From Christensenella sp. UBA7584 (GTDB taxonomy: Bacteria > Bacillota > Clostridia > Christensenellales > UBA1242), in assembly GCA_002477805.1 (NCBI GenBank), contig DLKQ01000038.1:11476-75475 (forward strand): a stretch of 64,000 nucleotides of DNA, written 5' to 3'. The notes under the pieces are model-generated. The model saw only the letters and a list, made by a program, of their open reading frames with translations. It was not told where the DNA came from and made no database searches. The position numbers were made by a program, and so were the translations under genes. Within the stretch, counting starts at the first letter, position 1. Each line of letters starts with the position of its first letter. Shown here one piece after another: positions 28,904-37,724 of the stretch.

Positions 28904-29347
28904 ATGATGAAAATAGTTGAGTTATACACCGATGGTGCTTGCAGTTATAATCCCGGCCCTGGTGGGTGGGGAGTGGTTCTAATATATCAAGGTTATGAAA
29001 AGCGATTGAGCGGATTTGTTGATAATACAACAAACAATCAGATGGAGTTATTAGCAGTAATTAAGGGGTTGCAACAACTGAAAGAGCCTTGCAATGTTTT
29101 GCTTTATAGTGATTCTGCATACGTTGTAAATGCTTTTCAGAAAAAATGGATAGATGATTGGGTTGTTAAAAATTGGAAAACATCTAGTAAAAAAAAAGTG
29201 AAAAACGTGGAGCTTTGGCAAGAACTATTTGCGCTATCAAAGAAAAATAACATCACGTGGATAAAGGTAAAAGGGCACTCAGATAACGAGTATAACAACA
29301 TTTGTGACAAACTTGCTAGAACTGAAATAGAAAAACATATTTCATAG
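28904..29347 (+). CDS. rnhA: Ribonuclease HI
   Basis: YTDGACSYNPGPGGWG, NNQMEL and GHSDNEYN..CD.LA catalytic DEDD-type motifs. Confidence 0.9.
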   Translation: MMKIVELYTDGACSYNPGPGGWGVVLIYQGYEKRLSGFVDNTTNNQMELLAVIKGLQQLKEPCNVLLYSDSAYVVNAFQKKWIDDWVVKNWKTSSKKKVKNVELWQELFALSKKNNITWIKVKGHSDNEYNNICDKLARTEIEKHIS

Positions 29348-29361
29348 AGGGGGAGAAGCTT

Positions 29362-29622
29362 ATGATTAAAAATCTTTCAAAGTCACGCTTTATTTTTATT
29401 TTAGTTATTGCAATTATTTTAATTTCGGTTATTATTGCTCAATTTATCACCCTTTCTGTACTTAAAGGTCAAGAGAATAATTTGAATAGTCAATTAAATG
29501 AAATCAATTCTAAAATTGAGAAAATACCTTCGGAAGAAGATATCAAAAATAGTGAGCAAGATAGAGCAAGATGGGACCTTGGTTATGTTTACGATGATGA
29601 AAAAATATTTATAGAGGCATAA
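29362..29622 (+). CDS. Small membrane-anchored coiled-coil protein, function unknown
   Basis: GGGGGAG RBS upstream. One N-terminal TM helix, then a short polar, partly helical-looking segment. Confidence 0.55.
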   Translation: MIKNLSKSRFIFILVIAIILISVIIAQFITLSVLKGQENNLNSQLNEINSKIEKIPSEEDIKNSEQDRARWDLGYVYDDEKIFIEA

Positions 29623-29637
29623 AAAGGGTAGTATGTT

Positions 29638-29670
29638 AGTACTATGCAAAACAATTTTGCGTATAGTTAT
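29638..29670 (-). repeat. Copy A of the ATAAYTATRCGYAAAAT..TTTTGCATAGTACT palindromic repeat (reverse orientation)
   Basis: The reverse complement reads ATAACTATACGCAAAATTGTTTTGCATAGTACT. It lies between converging genes. Confidence 0.7.
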
Positions 29671-29696
29671 CCCCATTTATACTATGTTTTAAAAAT

Positions 29697-29718
29697 AAAA
29701 AACCACATAGTGGTTTTT
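29697..29718. terminator. Bidirectional terminator between the small membrane gene and the ABC permease
   Basis: AAAAACCAC-ata-GTGGTTTTT with A/T runs on both sides. Confidence 0.75.
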
Positions 29719-31448
29719 TATTTAATTTCTCTTCTTTTAAAAATTTCATAGGTAAGAATAGCAAATATAAGACCAACGCCAATGGTAATCAAGAAACTGT
29801 ATAGGAAGTTTCCTCCATAGAACATTGGACTAGAGCTAATCATTGAAATTGGGGAAGTGGTTCCTCCTACAAAAGCACCACCAAAATATTTAAATAAATC
29901 AATGTTGCTAAAAGGTAAATAACCATACCAATATGAGCCTGAAAGAATTATTCCTAAAACGCTTAGTAAGAAGTATAAAACTATAGAAACACCAACAGCT
30001 CCGACATTGCTTTTAAATATAGCAGATATAGCAAGCGAGAGAAGAGCAAATATAAGAATTTTGAAAATTAAGCATAACAAATAAATAAGCAAAAGAACAA
30101 ACGGAGAACAAGTAAATGCTAAGCTAGCATTAAACACGCAAAGGACTGGCGTGAAATTAGCACCCATTGTAAATAATCCTATTAGGAACAAAACAATAGT
30201 ACTAAATATCAGAAATATTACTCCAAAAATTAGTGAAGCAAGTAGTTTACTAGTTAGCACTTTATTTCTTGAGTATGGTCTAATTAAAAGAAGCTTTAAA
30301 GTACCATTTGATTGTTCACCAGCAAGCATACCAGCCGAAAGAACTACCGTAAAAACTATTATTATAAAACTTGTAATCTCAAGTCCGAAATATACAAAAT
30401 CAAAAGCATTTTTAGTTTGATTTGATGTCTTATTTGATGAAAAAACATTTGCATAATCAGTTGAAACAGCGTTGTTGTCTATTAAAAATTTGCATTTTGT
30501 TATTTTCTCTTTAACTTCGTAACTATATGTTTTTTCGTAACCATAGTAACTGTTTATTTGTGAATCTGTCTTATTAAGTATTGAAGAATATTTTAATACA
30601 TTTGATGTTAAAGTGTTTAGGTTTGAGCCTGTAAGGTAATATCTTAAAGCAAGACTCTTTAGTTCATCAAATTTTTCCGCATTCCCATTAGCGTTTATTT
30701 GTTCAATTTCTTCTTCAATTTCTACAAGTTGTGCGCTAACTAGATTTCCATAGTTACTCAAGCTTTCTAGTTGTGAGTCATCAACTTTTTTGGGTATGAT
30801 GTTTGAAAATAGTGAATATATCTTTTCAAAATACCGCATTTCGGAAAGCGTCTTACGAAGTTCTACATTTGACTTATGACTTGTTTTATTGATTTCAAAA
30901 GCATTTAGTGTACTAGAAAAAAGTTGTAAAAGATTAAAACTATCATCTGAAGTAATAAGCATAGGGGAGTAAAGCATATCTTGGTAAGTTTTGAACTTTG
31001 TTTGAAGTTGTTCATATTTTGCTCTTAAATTACTATAAGTTGCTTGTTCTTGAGAAGAGGCTGTATCATCTTCAGCAGGTGGAACATTATCAAAGGCAGC
31101 ATATTCGCCTGTGTTGATAGAAATGTCATTAAGTAAACTTTCAAACTCACTCAAAGCAGTGCTTTCATTGTTTTGCTTTACTAGTAGCAGTGCGTTTTTA
31201 TTATTGGAAACAAGTAAATCAGTAGCTGGCTTCCCATATTGATTGGTGTTGGATTTAAAAGTAGTGTAAAGTTCGCTTATATTCTTACAATTGTCATAAG
31301 TATTCACTTGACCATCAATGCGTTCTGAAGGTGTGAAAAACATATATGATAAAAACAACGCAAAAACAATGATTGCGGTAATCACATACAGAATCGGACG
31401 CATCAAAATTTTATTTAATTCACCCTTTAGTAATAGAAAAAAATTCAT
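29718..31448 (-). CDS. ABC-2 type transporter permease with a large extracytoplasmic domain
   Basis: One N-terminal TM helix, about 300 aa of polar domain, then a C-terminal cluster of five or six TM helices. TAATG overlap with the upstream ATPase gene. Confidence 0.75.
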   Translation of the reverse strand: MNFFLLLKGELNKILMRPILYVITAIIVFALFLSYMFFTPSERIDGQVNTYDNCKNISELYTTFKSNTNQYGKPATDLLVSNNKNALLLVKQNNESTALSEFESLLNDISINTGEYAAFDNVPPAEDDTASSQEQATYSNLRAKYEQLQTKFKTYQDMLYSPMLITSDDSFNLLQLFSSTLNAFEINKTSHKSNVELRKTLSEMRYFEKIYSLFSNIIPKKVDDSQLESLSNYGNLVSAQLVEIEEEIEQINANGNAEKFDELKSLALRYYLTGSNLNTLTSNVLKYSSILNKTDSQINSYYGYEKTYSYEVKEKITKCKFLIDNNAVSTDYANVFSSNKTSNQTKNAFDFVYFGLEITSFIIIVFTVVLSAGMLAGEQSNGTLKLLLIRPYSRNKVLTSKLLASLIFGVIFLIFSTIVLFLIGLFTMGANFTPVLCVFNASLAFTCSPFVLLLIYLLCLIFKILIFALLSLAISAIFKSNVGAVGVSIVLYFLLSVLGIILSGSYWYGYLPFSNIDLFKYFGGAFVGGTTSPISMISSSPMFYGGNFLYSFLITIGVGLIFAILTYEIFKRREIK

Positions 31449-32404
31449 TAAATTCTCCTACTTTTTTTATTTTTTAATATGTCAAGGTATAATTCTTCTA
31501 AACTTTTAGATTCAATTTTTGTATCATAAATCATTATATTTTTTTCTTTTAAAAGTTTTAAGATATTTTCTGTTTCATTTTTATTATATGGTAGTAAAAT
31601 CCTACTGCCAGCAATTTCTGGAGATATGCCAAAATGCGTATTAAGAACCTGACAAGCATAATTTGGAAAATTTACACTGATTGACAAGTGTTTGTCCTTG
31701 TCGCTTGTATTTTTAGCTTCAGCAATAGAACGAATTTCAAGAATTTTTCCATTATCAACTACTGCAAAAGTATCACATAATTGTTCCATTTCTGACAAAA
31801 TATGACTACTTACTAAAATTGCAATTTTGTGTTTTGCTGCTAAAATTTTTAGAGTTTGCCGAAGTTCTACGACTCCATTGGCATCAAGTCCATTTGTTGG
31901 CTCGTCAAGCACTAAGAGTTTTGGGTTGTGGAGTAGTGCTTGTGCTAATCCAATTCTCTGACGCATACCATACGAATATGTCCTAACTTTATCATGTATA
32001 CGACTTGTCATTCCTACAATATCAACAATTTCATCTATTCTTTCGTGGTCAATTTTACCATATAAATTAGCATAGTAAACTAAATTTTGATAACCTGTCA
32101 TATAGCTGTATACTTGACAGTTTTCAATCATCGCTCCAAGATTTATGACAGCCTTTTCAAAACTTTTTTGGACAGAATTTCCACATATAATAACTTCTCC
32201 AGAAGTTGGAGATGTCATACCGCAGATTATGCGTATTAAAGTGGTTTTTCCTGCTCCATTCGGCCCTAAAAATCCAAAAATTTCACCAGGGTAGACATTA
32301 AAATTGATATTGTCTAAAACTTTTCGTTTCTTGTACACCTTGGAAACACTTTTAACTTGTAATATTTCTTTAACAGGTTTAACAAATTTGTATTTAAAAG
32401 GCAT
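31448..32404 (-). CDS. ABC transporter ATP-binding protein
   Basis: Walker A GPNGAGKTT, signature-like YSYGMRQR, Walker B LLVLDEPTNGLD. I place the start at ATG 32404, behind GGAGG; the TTG start in the ORF track lies inside that RBS. Confidence 0.9.
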   Translation of the reverse strand: MPFKYKFVKPVKEILQVKSVSKVYKKRKVLDNINFNVYPGEIFGFLGPNGAGKTTLIRIICGMTSPTSGEVIICGNSVQKSFEKAVINLGAMIENCQVYSYMTGYQNLVYYANLYGKIDHERIDEIVDIVGMTSRIHDKVRTYSYGMRQRIGLAQALLHNPKLLVLDEPTNGLDANGVVELRQTLKILAAKHKIAILVSSHILSEMEQLCDTFAVVDNGKILEIRSIAEAKNTSDKDKHLSISVNFPNYACQVLNTHFGISPEIAGSRILLPYNKNETENILKLLKEKNIMIYDTKIESKSLEELYLDILKNKKSRRI

Positions 32405-32467
32405 TTTTACCTCCAAACTCTATATAATATATTATATCATATATTATTTTTAATGTAAAGTGTATGG

Positions 32468-32496
32468 TTGACAAGGTTAAAATTATAATTTATAAT
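32468..32496 (+). promoter_or_regulatory. SigA-type promoter of the TVP38/DedA-like gene
   Basis: TTGACA (32468-32473), 17-nt spacer, TATAAT (32491-32496). Confidence 0.7.
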
Positions 32497-32507
32497 GAAA
32501 GTAGGTT

Positions 32508-33503
32508 ATGAAAGAAAAATATAATAAGACAAATATAATTTTATTAGGTGTTATGATTCTTTGTACATTATTGAATCTTTTTGCTTATTTTGGGTTAGGT
32601 CATTTTAGTGGTTGGATTCATATAACAGTCATAACTTGTTCTATTTTAGCCCTTATTGTAAGCGTTTTATTATTTATTTTTAGAAAATTTGGTTGGTTTA
32701 GACTTTTCTTTATTGGAATAATATTAGTTACTTTTTTTACTTGGGGGTATGAACTCTTAGTTTTTTGCGGTTATCAAGAAATTTTTGAATCTGTTGATGC
32801 AATGAAACAGTTTATACAAAGTACTGGAGCTTGGGGTATGGTTGTTTTTATGCTTATACAGTTTTTACAAGTAGTTATTTTACCAATTCCTTCAATGATA
32901 ACAACCATTACTGGTGCAATACTTTTTGGACCAACAACAGCAATGATTTTAAGCCTCGTAGCAATTATTATTGGTTCCTATGTTGCGTTTTTCATAGGAA
33001 GGGTACTAGGGGAAAAAGTTGTTTCTTGGATGATTGGAAAAGAAATGTGCGAAAAATATTCCAAATTACTTTACGAAAAAGGAAAATATTTATTTTTTTT
33101 AATGATGATTTTTCCAATTTTTCCCGATGATATACTTTGTATGATTGCTGGAATTACAACAATGAGCGTCAGATTTTTTAGTGTAACTATATTTATTTCC
33201 AGACCACTTGCAATCATTCCAACGTGTTACTTGGGAGGGGGAACCATAATCCCATATTATGGTTGGGGACTTATTGTTTGGGGAATAATTATTGTTATTG
33301 TCACAATACTTTTTATTTTATGCTACAAATATCAAGCACAAATCGAAAAATTCGTAATTAGAATTTCTGAAAAATTGTCCAAAGGAAAAAAATGTGATTC
33401 TTCTGAAAATGATAAAACTCCAGTTGTTGAAAATAAATCTGATGACGCAGAAGAACAATCAAAAATAAATAATAAAATTTATAATGAAGATGAAAAAAAC
33501 TAA
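32508..33503 (+). CDS. TVP38/TMEM64 (DedA/SNARE-associated) family membrane protein
   Basis: Multi-TM protein with the FPIFPDDILCMIAGIT re-entrant motif and a charged C-terminal tail. Confidence 0.75.
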   Translation: MKEKYNKTNIILLGVMILCTLLNLFAYFGLGHFSGWIHITVITCSILALIVSVLLFIFRKFGWFRLFFIGIILVTFFTWGYELLVFCGYQEIFESVDAMKQFIQSTGAWGMVVFMLIQFLQVVILPIPSMITTITGAILFGPTTAMILSLVAIIIGSYVAFFIGRVLGEKVVSWMIGKEMCEKYSKLLYEKGKYLFFLMMIFPIFPDDILCMIAGITTMSVRFFSVTIFISRPLAIIPTCYLGGGTIIPYYGWGLIVWGIIIVIVTILFILCYKYQAQIEKFVIRISEKLSKGKKCDSSENDKTPVVENKSDDAEEQSKINNKIYNEDEKN

Positions 33504-33535
33504 ATTTAAAGAGCTCCGTTGAGCTCTTTAAATTT
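33502..33535. terminator. Bidirectional terminator
   Basis: 15-bp perfect hairpin AAATTTAAAGAGCTC-cgtt-GAGCTCTTTAAATTT between converging genes. Confidence 0.8.
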
Positions 33536-33567
33536 ATCGAGAAAGGTTGGTAAACAACGTTTATAAA

Positions 33568-35013
33568 TTAGTTTTGATATCTTTGTTTTGTTGCCAAAAT
33601 CCTCATTACAAACCATTTTATTAAAACATTAGAAAATACTATGCTTGGCAACAGCCATCTTAATATATGGTTTGGCTCAGCCAAATTTTCCATTCCTATT
33701 ATTAAATTGATTGAAATTACAAATGCAATTAAAATAATTGTTGCTAAAAATCGGTAGAAAAATTTAAGACCCCACTTTATTCTTTTGTGAATTTTTTTAT
33801 TAGGAAATTTTTTATATTTTATTGCATAGTTTAACAGCCAAATAACATCAAAGAGTATTGAAATACCAAATAGGATATACTGCTCTAATTCTACAGGTTC
33901 TTTTATAAAATAATAAGCAAATAAGGCACCAATTTCAATTAGCATTAGAAAAAATATAATAAATTGACTTTTATAATTCAACTTATTTATTAAGATATAT
34001 TGTTTTTTCTCCCTTGCTACTGGAATAAAATCAGGCATATTGTTTGTTTCAATATTATTTTCATCTGCTTGAGGTTCTTCTTGGTGTGCTCTAAAATCGT
34101 TTTTTTCTTCATCTATTTTTCGTTGGTCGCTAACAGAATGTCTTTTGCTGATTTGTTCAAGTAATTCTATACTTTGAGGTGATTTAGGAGTGTTTTCATC
34201 TTGAAGGAATGGATTCTCAATTTTTTTTGTTGCTAAAATTTTGGAAATCTGTTTTGCATATTCTCTACTTTTTGTAATTGCCGAATCTTCTTTTTTTACC
34301 TTTTCCGTAGTTTCAATTTCTGGTAACAATGGGAGGCGAGGTGAGATGGCTTCTTCTGTAACTGAACTAGGTGAGGTGCTAAAATCCTCTTCTTCAAGAA
34401 ACAGATCTCCAAGTATGTCTTTATAATTTATTTCATTTTTTTCTTGAGTATTAAATTTTGGAACTTGTTTGTCTATTTCTAATTGTTCATCCTCTTCTTC
34501 CAAATTTAAATTATCATTAAATTCAAGGTCATCATCAACATCTGGAAAAAGTACTTCTTCAAATAATTCTCCATTATTTTTTGCTAGATTTTCATCTTTT
34601 GATTGGTTCGAAGACATTTGTTTAGGTATGGAGTATCGCATTACAGTTTCACTAAAACTCCCTGTCATTTTTTGAGAAGGTGAGTACCTTTTTATTAATT
34701 GATTTTGAATTAAATTTTTTTCCTGTTCATCAAGCTTGTTTTTGTTTATTTTTTTTAATTTATCTTCAAGAATCTCCTTTCCAATTCTTGTAATTGTGTA
34801 GTAATGCCTTTTTCCTCCAAGCTCACTATCTTCCCAGTAAGAAGAAACAAGTTTTTTTGCTTCTAGTCTTCTTAAAGCACTATATAAACTAGGTTGTTTT
34901 AAGACTATTTCACCATTTGTTTCGTCTTTAACATATTTTATTATCTCTAAACCATATAAACTCTTATTAACTAGCGAACTTAAAATAAGGGTGTTTATAT
35001 CACTTGTCATCAA
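33568..35013 (-). CDS. PadR-family winged-helix regulator fused to an acidic linker and a C-terminal multi-TM domain
   Basis: The N-terminus LYGLEIIKYV....LKQPSLYSALRRLE..KLV.S.W.....GGKRHYY.IT..G is a PadR signature. The C-terminal ~140 aa contain about four hydrophobic helices. Confidence 0.75.
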   Translation of the reverse strand: MMTSDINTLILSSLVNKSLYGLEIIKYVKDETNGEIVLKQPSLYSALRRLEAKKLVSSYWEDSELGGKRHYYTITRIGKEILEDKLKKINKNKLDEQEKNLIQNQLIKRYSPSQKMTGSFSETVMRYSIPKQMSSNQSKDENLAKNNGELFEEVLFPDVDDDLEFNDNLNLEEEDEQLEIDKQVPKFNTQEKNEINYKDILGDLFLEEEDFSTSPSSVTEEAISPRLPLLPEIETTEKVKKEDSAITKSREYAKQISKILATKKIENPFLQDENTPKSPQSIELLEQISKRHSVSDQRKIDEEKNDFRAHQEEPQADENNIETNNMPDFIPVAREKKQYILINKLNYKSQFIIFFLMLIEIGALFAYYFIKEPVELEQYILFGISILFDVIWLLNYAIKYKKFPNKKIHKRIKWGLKFFYRFLATIILIAFVISINLIIGMENLAEPNHILRWLLPSIVFSNVLIKWFVMRILATKQRYQN

Positions 35014-35021
35014 ATTCCTCC

Positions 35022-35052
35022 AATAATATTAGATAGTATATCTAATATTATT
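35022..35052. promoter_or_regulatory. Perfect 14-bp-arm palindrome immediately upstream of the padR-like gene (candidate operator)
   Basis: AATAATATTAGATA-gta-TATCTAATATTATT at 35022-35052. It starts right next to the GGAGG RBS (35017-21) of the minus-strand gene. Confidence 0.45.
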
Positions 35053-35188
35053 TATTAAGTCAATCAAATAAAAGAAGGTGATTAGAAAAACTTACTTTAA
35101 AATATTACAAATTTATATAAAAATTTTACACTTTTTTATACAAAAAATTCTTAATAGATGCTATAATTTGCTAAAAGAGGAATTTTGT

Positions 35189-35863
35189 ATGCAAATTGAT
35201 ATGCTACTTAGAACAAAAAGGCGAAGTATTTCAATTCAAATTTCGCCAGAAGGTAATTTAATTGTACGTATTCCAATAAATTGTTCATATGAAAAAATTG
35301 AAAAAATTTTAAAGGAAAAAGAGGGGTGGATTACTTTACATCAGCAAAGAATAAAAGAGAATAGGGCGGTGAATAGCCAAATTATTTCCTATGAAAAAAT
35401 TCTGTATCTGGGGTATACACACAACTTAGCTTTTACTGATAGAATAAAAACGGCACAGTTTTATGAAGGCAATTGTTGGATTCCAATCAAATTTCAATCG
35501 GATAAACAAAAACAAATTAAAGTTATCGCAAAATGCTTGCAACTTAAGGCTCAAGGTATTTTTAGGAATAGGGTAGCTTATTTCGCAAATTTAATGCAAT
35601 TAAAGCCAAATTCTGTAACATTGAGTAACAGTCATAGAGTGTGGGGGAGTTGTGACAAATTTTCAAACATTAAATTAAATTGGAGGCTAGTGATGCTTCC
35701 ACCTGATATTATTGATTATGTAATTGTTCACGAACTAAGTCATATTTTAGAATTTAATCACTCAAAAATTTTTTGGAAAGTGGTTGAAAGTATCTTAGCA
35801 GACTATAAAACAAGAAGAAATTTGCTAAAAACAGGAGATTATCTGCTTGAATTATATAGATAA
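35189..35863 (+). CDS. YgjP-like (DUF45/M48-related) zinc metallohydrolase
   Basis: HExxH in VIVHELSHILEFNHSKIFW. I moved the start to ATG 35189, behind AAGAGGA. Confidence 0.8.
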   Translation: MQIDMLLRTKRRSISIQISPEGNLIVRIPINCSYEKIEKILKEKEGWITLHQQRIKENRAVNSQIISYEKILYLGYTHNLAFTDRIKTAQFYEGNCWIPIKFQSDKQKQIKVIAKCLQLKAQGIFRNRVAYFANLMQLKPNSVTLSNSHRVWGSCDKFSNIKLNWRLVMLPPDIIDYVIVHELSHILEFNHSKIFWKVVESILADYKTRRNLLKTGDYLLELYR

Positions 35864-35906
35864 AATACCAGGAAAGAGAGGGAAGAATGGATAAAAAAGG
35901 TGTAAA

Positions 35907-35940
35907 AATTATGCGTAAAAGACAAGTTTTACGCATAATT
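35907..35940. repeat. Copy B of the repeat family: perfect palindromic variant
   Basis: AATTATGCGTAAAA-gacaag-TTTTACGCATAATT (14-bp perfect arms). Confidence 0.75.
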
Positions 35941-36522
35941 ACCCATAAAATGCGAGTATTTTGGCATTTATTTACACTTTTTTATAATTTTATTATTCAA
36001 ATTTGTATTATGCAATTTAATATTAGTTTCTCCAAATTTAATGTTTTATTAGAACAATGTATGTTTACAAACTTTTTCTAACAATCAAATTTGTTTTATA
36101 GATTTTTTCAATTATTTTTTAGATTTTCTATAATGAAGTTACATTTTTTATGTTTAGTTAATAAATGAAGTCTTAAAACTTAAATGGCTTACATTTTTTC
36201 AAATTTACCCCTTTCTAATCTTCATTCAGACGCGAAACTTGAATCTTTTATGAATAATCCTTCACGGGTATTTTTTCAATTTTATACAAATTACCCTGTC
36301 TTTACTTATAATAACAATTCCAATACTTTTTTCATTAACAACTAAACAGTTTTTACAAATATTCTGCTATCTTATACTTTATTGAATATATCTTCAATCC
36401 ATTACGCGCTAATCTAGATTTTAAAAAGTTTAATTTATATAAATAATATAATTAAGCTAAATTGCTAATATTGCATTAGTGCGATTATTTTAATGTGATT
36501 TTCACTGAATTTTAAATTTTTT

Positions 36523-36548
36523 ATAACTATGCGTAAAATATTTTTGCA
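36523..36548 (+). repeat. Copy C of the repeat family, identical over 26 nt to copy D
   Basis: ATAACTATGCGTAAAATATTTTTGCA, ending 5 nt before the -35 of the xer promoter. Confidence 0.8.
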
Positions 36549-36553
36549 AATCA

Positions 36554-36583
36554 TTAGACTTTTTTATTGAAAATTGTTATAAT
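36554..36583 (+). promoter_or_regulatory. Promoter of the xer-like recombinase gene
   Basis: TTAGAC, 18-nt spacer, TGtTATAAT (extended -10), then a GAGGTG RBS. Confidence 0.5.
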
Positions 36584-36600
36584 TACTCTGAGGTGAAAAA

Positions 36601-37644
36601 ATGTCTGAACAATATTATATTGAACGCAAAGATAATATTACATTAAGATTAAGAGAATTAAGAAAAGACTTGCCATATTTTTGCAGTGAATTTTTTTTAG
36701 GAGTTGAAAATCAAACAACTCCCCTAACACGATTAAATTATGCTTATGATTTAAGAATATTTTTTGATTTTTTAACAAAAGAAATTGATAAATTTGCAGG
36801 TAAAAAAGTGAGTCAATTTAGCCTTATGGATTTAAATGAAGTGTCAGCTTCTGATATTGAACTTTTTTTAGACTACCTGACTGTTTATGAATACAGAGGA
36901 ATAACCTATCACAATAACGAGCAGGCAAAAGCCAGAAAATTATCAACTATAAGGTCATTTTTTAAATATTTTTTTAGGAAGGAAAAAATTCAAAATAATG
37001 TTACAGCAAAAGTTGATTTGCCAAAGTTACACGACAAAGAAATAGTTAGATTAGAAGATAACGAAATGGTTGATTTACTTGACCAAGTTGAAACAGGGTA
37101 CGCTCTCACCCCTACTCAGCAAGCTTTTCATAGGCATACAAATATTCGTGATTTTGCACTAGTAACCTTACTTCTTGGTACAGGTATTCGTGTCAGTGAA
37201 TGTGTAGGGCTTGATGTCCAAGACATAGATTTTAATATAAATGGCTTTAGGGTTATTCGTAAAGGTGGTAGTCAAGTTGTTCTATATTTTTCAGAGGAAG
37301 TAGCTGATACATTAAAAAAATGGATAAAAGAGCGAAGCGAAATAAAAGGTCTTGATCCAAACGAAAATGCATTGTTCTTATCACTGCAAAAAAAACGTAT
37401 TTCAACTAGAGCAGTTCAAAACTTAGTTAAAAAATATAGCAGAATTGTTACTCCTTTAAAGAAAATTAGTCCACACAAATTGCGTAGCACCTACGGAACA
37501 AATTTGTATAGAGAAACTCAAGACATTTACGTTGTTGCAGATGTATTAGGACATAAAGATGTCAATACAACAAAAAAACACTATGCAGCAATGAGTGATG
37601 ATATAAGAAGAGATGCTGCAAATAAGGTTAAACTTCGAAAATGA
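36601..37644 (+). CDS. Tyrosine site-specific recombinase (XerC/XerD-like)
   Basis: N-terminal SAM-like core-binding domain. Catalytic residues in GTGIRVSE, HKLRSTYGT and LGHKDVNTTKKHY. Confidence 0.85.
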   Translation: MSEQYYIERKDNITLRLRELRKDLPYFCSEFFLGVENQTTPLTRLNYAYDLRIFFDFLTKEIDKFAGKKVSQFSLMDLNEVSASDIELFLDYLTVYEYRGITYHNNEQAKARKLSTIRSFFKYFFRKEKIQNNVTAKVDLPKLHDKEIVRLEDNEMVDLLDQVETGYALTPTQQAFHRHTNIRDFALVTLLLGTGIRVSECVGLDVQDIDFNINGFRVIRKGGSQVVLYFSEEVADTLKKWIKERSEIKGLDPNENALFLSLQKKRISTRAVQNLVKKYSRIVTPLKKISPHKLRSTYGTNLYRETQDIYVVADVLGHKDVNTTKKHYAAMSDDIRRDAANKVKLRK

Positions 37645-37651
37645 AAAATTT

Positions 37652-37665
37652 CGAACAAATGTTTG
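37652..37665. promoter_or_regulatory. LexA (SOS/Cheo) box overlapping the lexA -35
   Basis: CGAACAAATGTTTG matches GAAC-N4-GTTY. It overlaps TTGACT (37663-37668). Confidence 0.7.
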
Positions 37666-37691
37666 ACTTTTTAGTATTTCTGTGATAAAAT
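37663..37691 (+). promoter_or_regulatory. SigA-type promoter of lexA
   Basis: TTGACT, 17-nt spacer, TGaTAAAAT. Confidence 0.65.
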
Positions 37692-37724
37692 GATATTAAA
37701 ATAAAGAAATGAGGTGAAAAATTT

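Noticed and set aside
32831-33130. 99-aa ORF in an alternative frame inside the TVP38/DedA-like gene
   Set aside because: It is nested in the same strand of a gene with a clear membrane-protein frame. It has no RBS and an odd W/F/N/Y-rich composition.
35887-36081. 64-aa ORF (MDKKGVKIMRKRQVLRII...) with a weak GAGGG upstream
   Set aside because: Its 5' part is simply the translation of the perfect palindrome (copy B), and the rest is F/I/L-rich AT-run translation. I cannot distinguish it from chance, so it is left uncalled, though a small membrane peptide is not excluded.
35864-36600. Search for a dif site or an integron-like reading (palindromes as attC-like sites next to a tyrosine recombinase and LexA)
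   Set aside because: No sequence approaches the Firmicute dif consensus as I remember it. The repeats are about 30 nt, not attC-sized, and they also occur far from any recombinase. The enclosed cassette is the housekeeping lexA. The analogy is unsupported.
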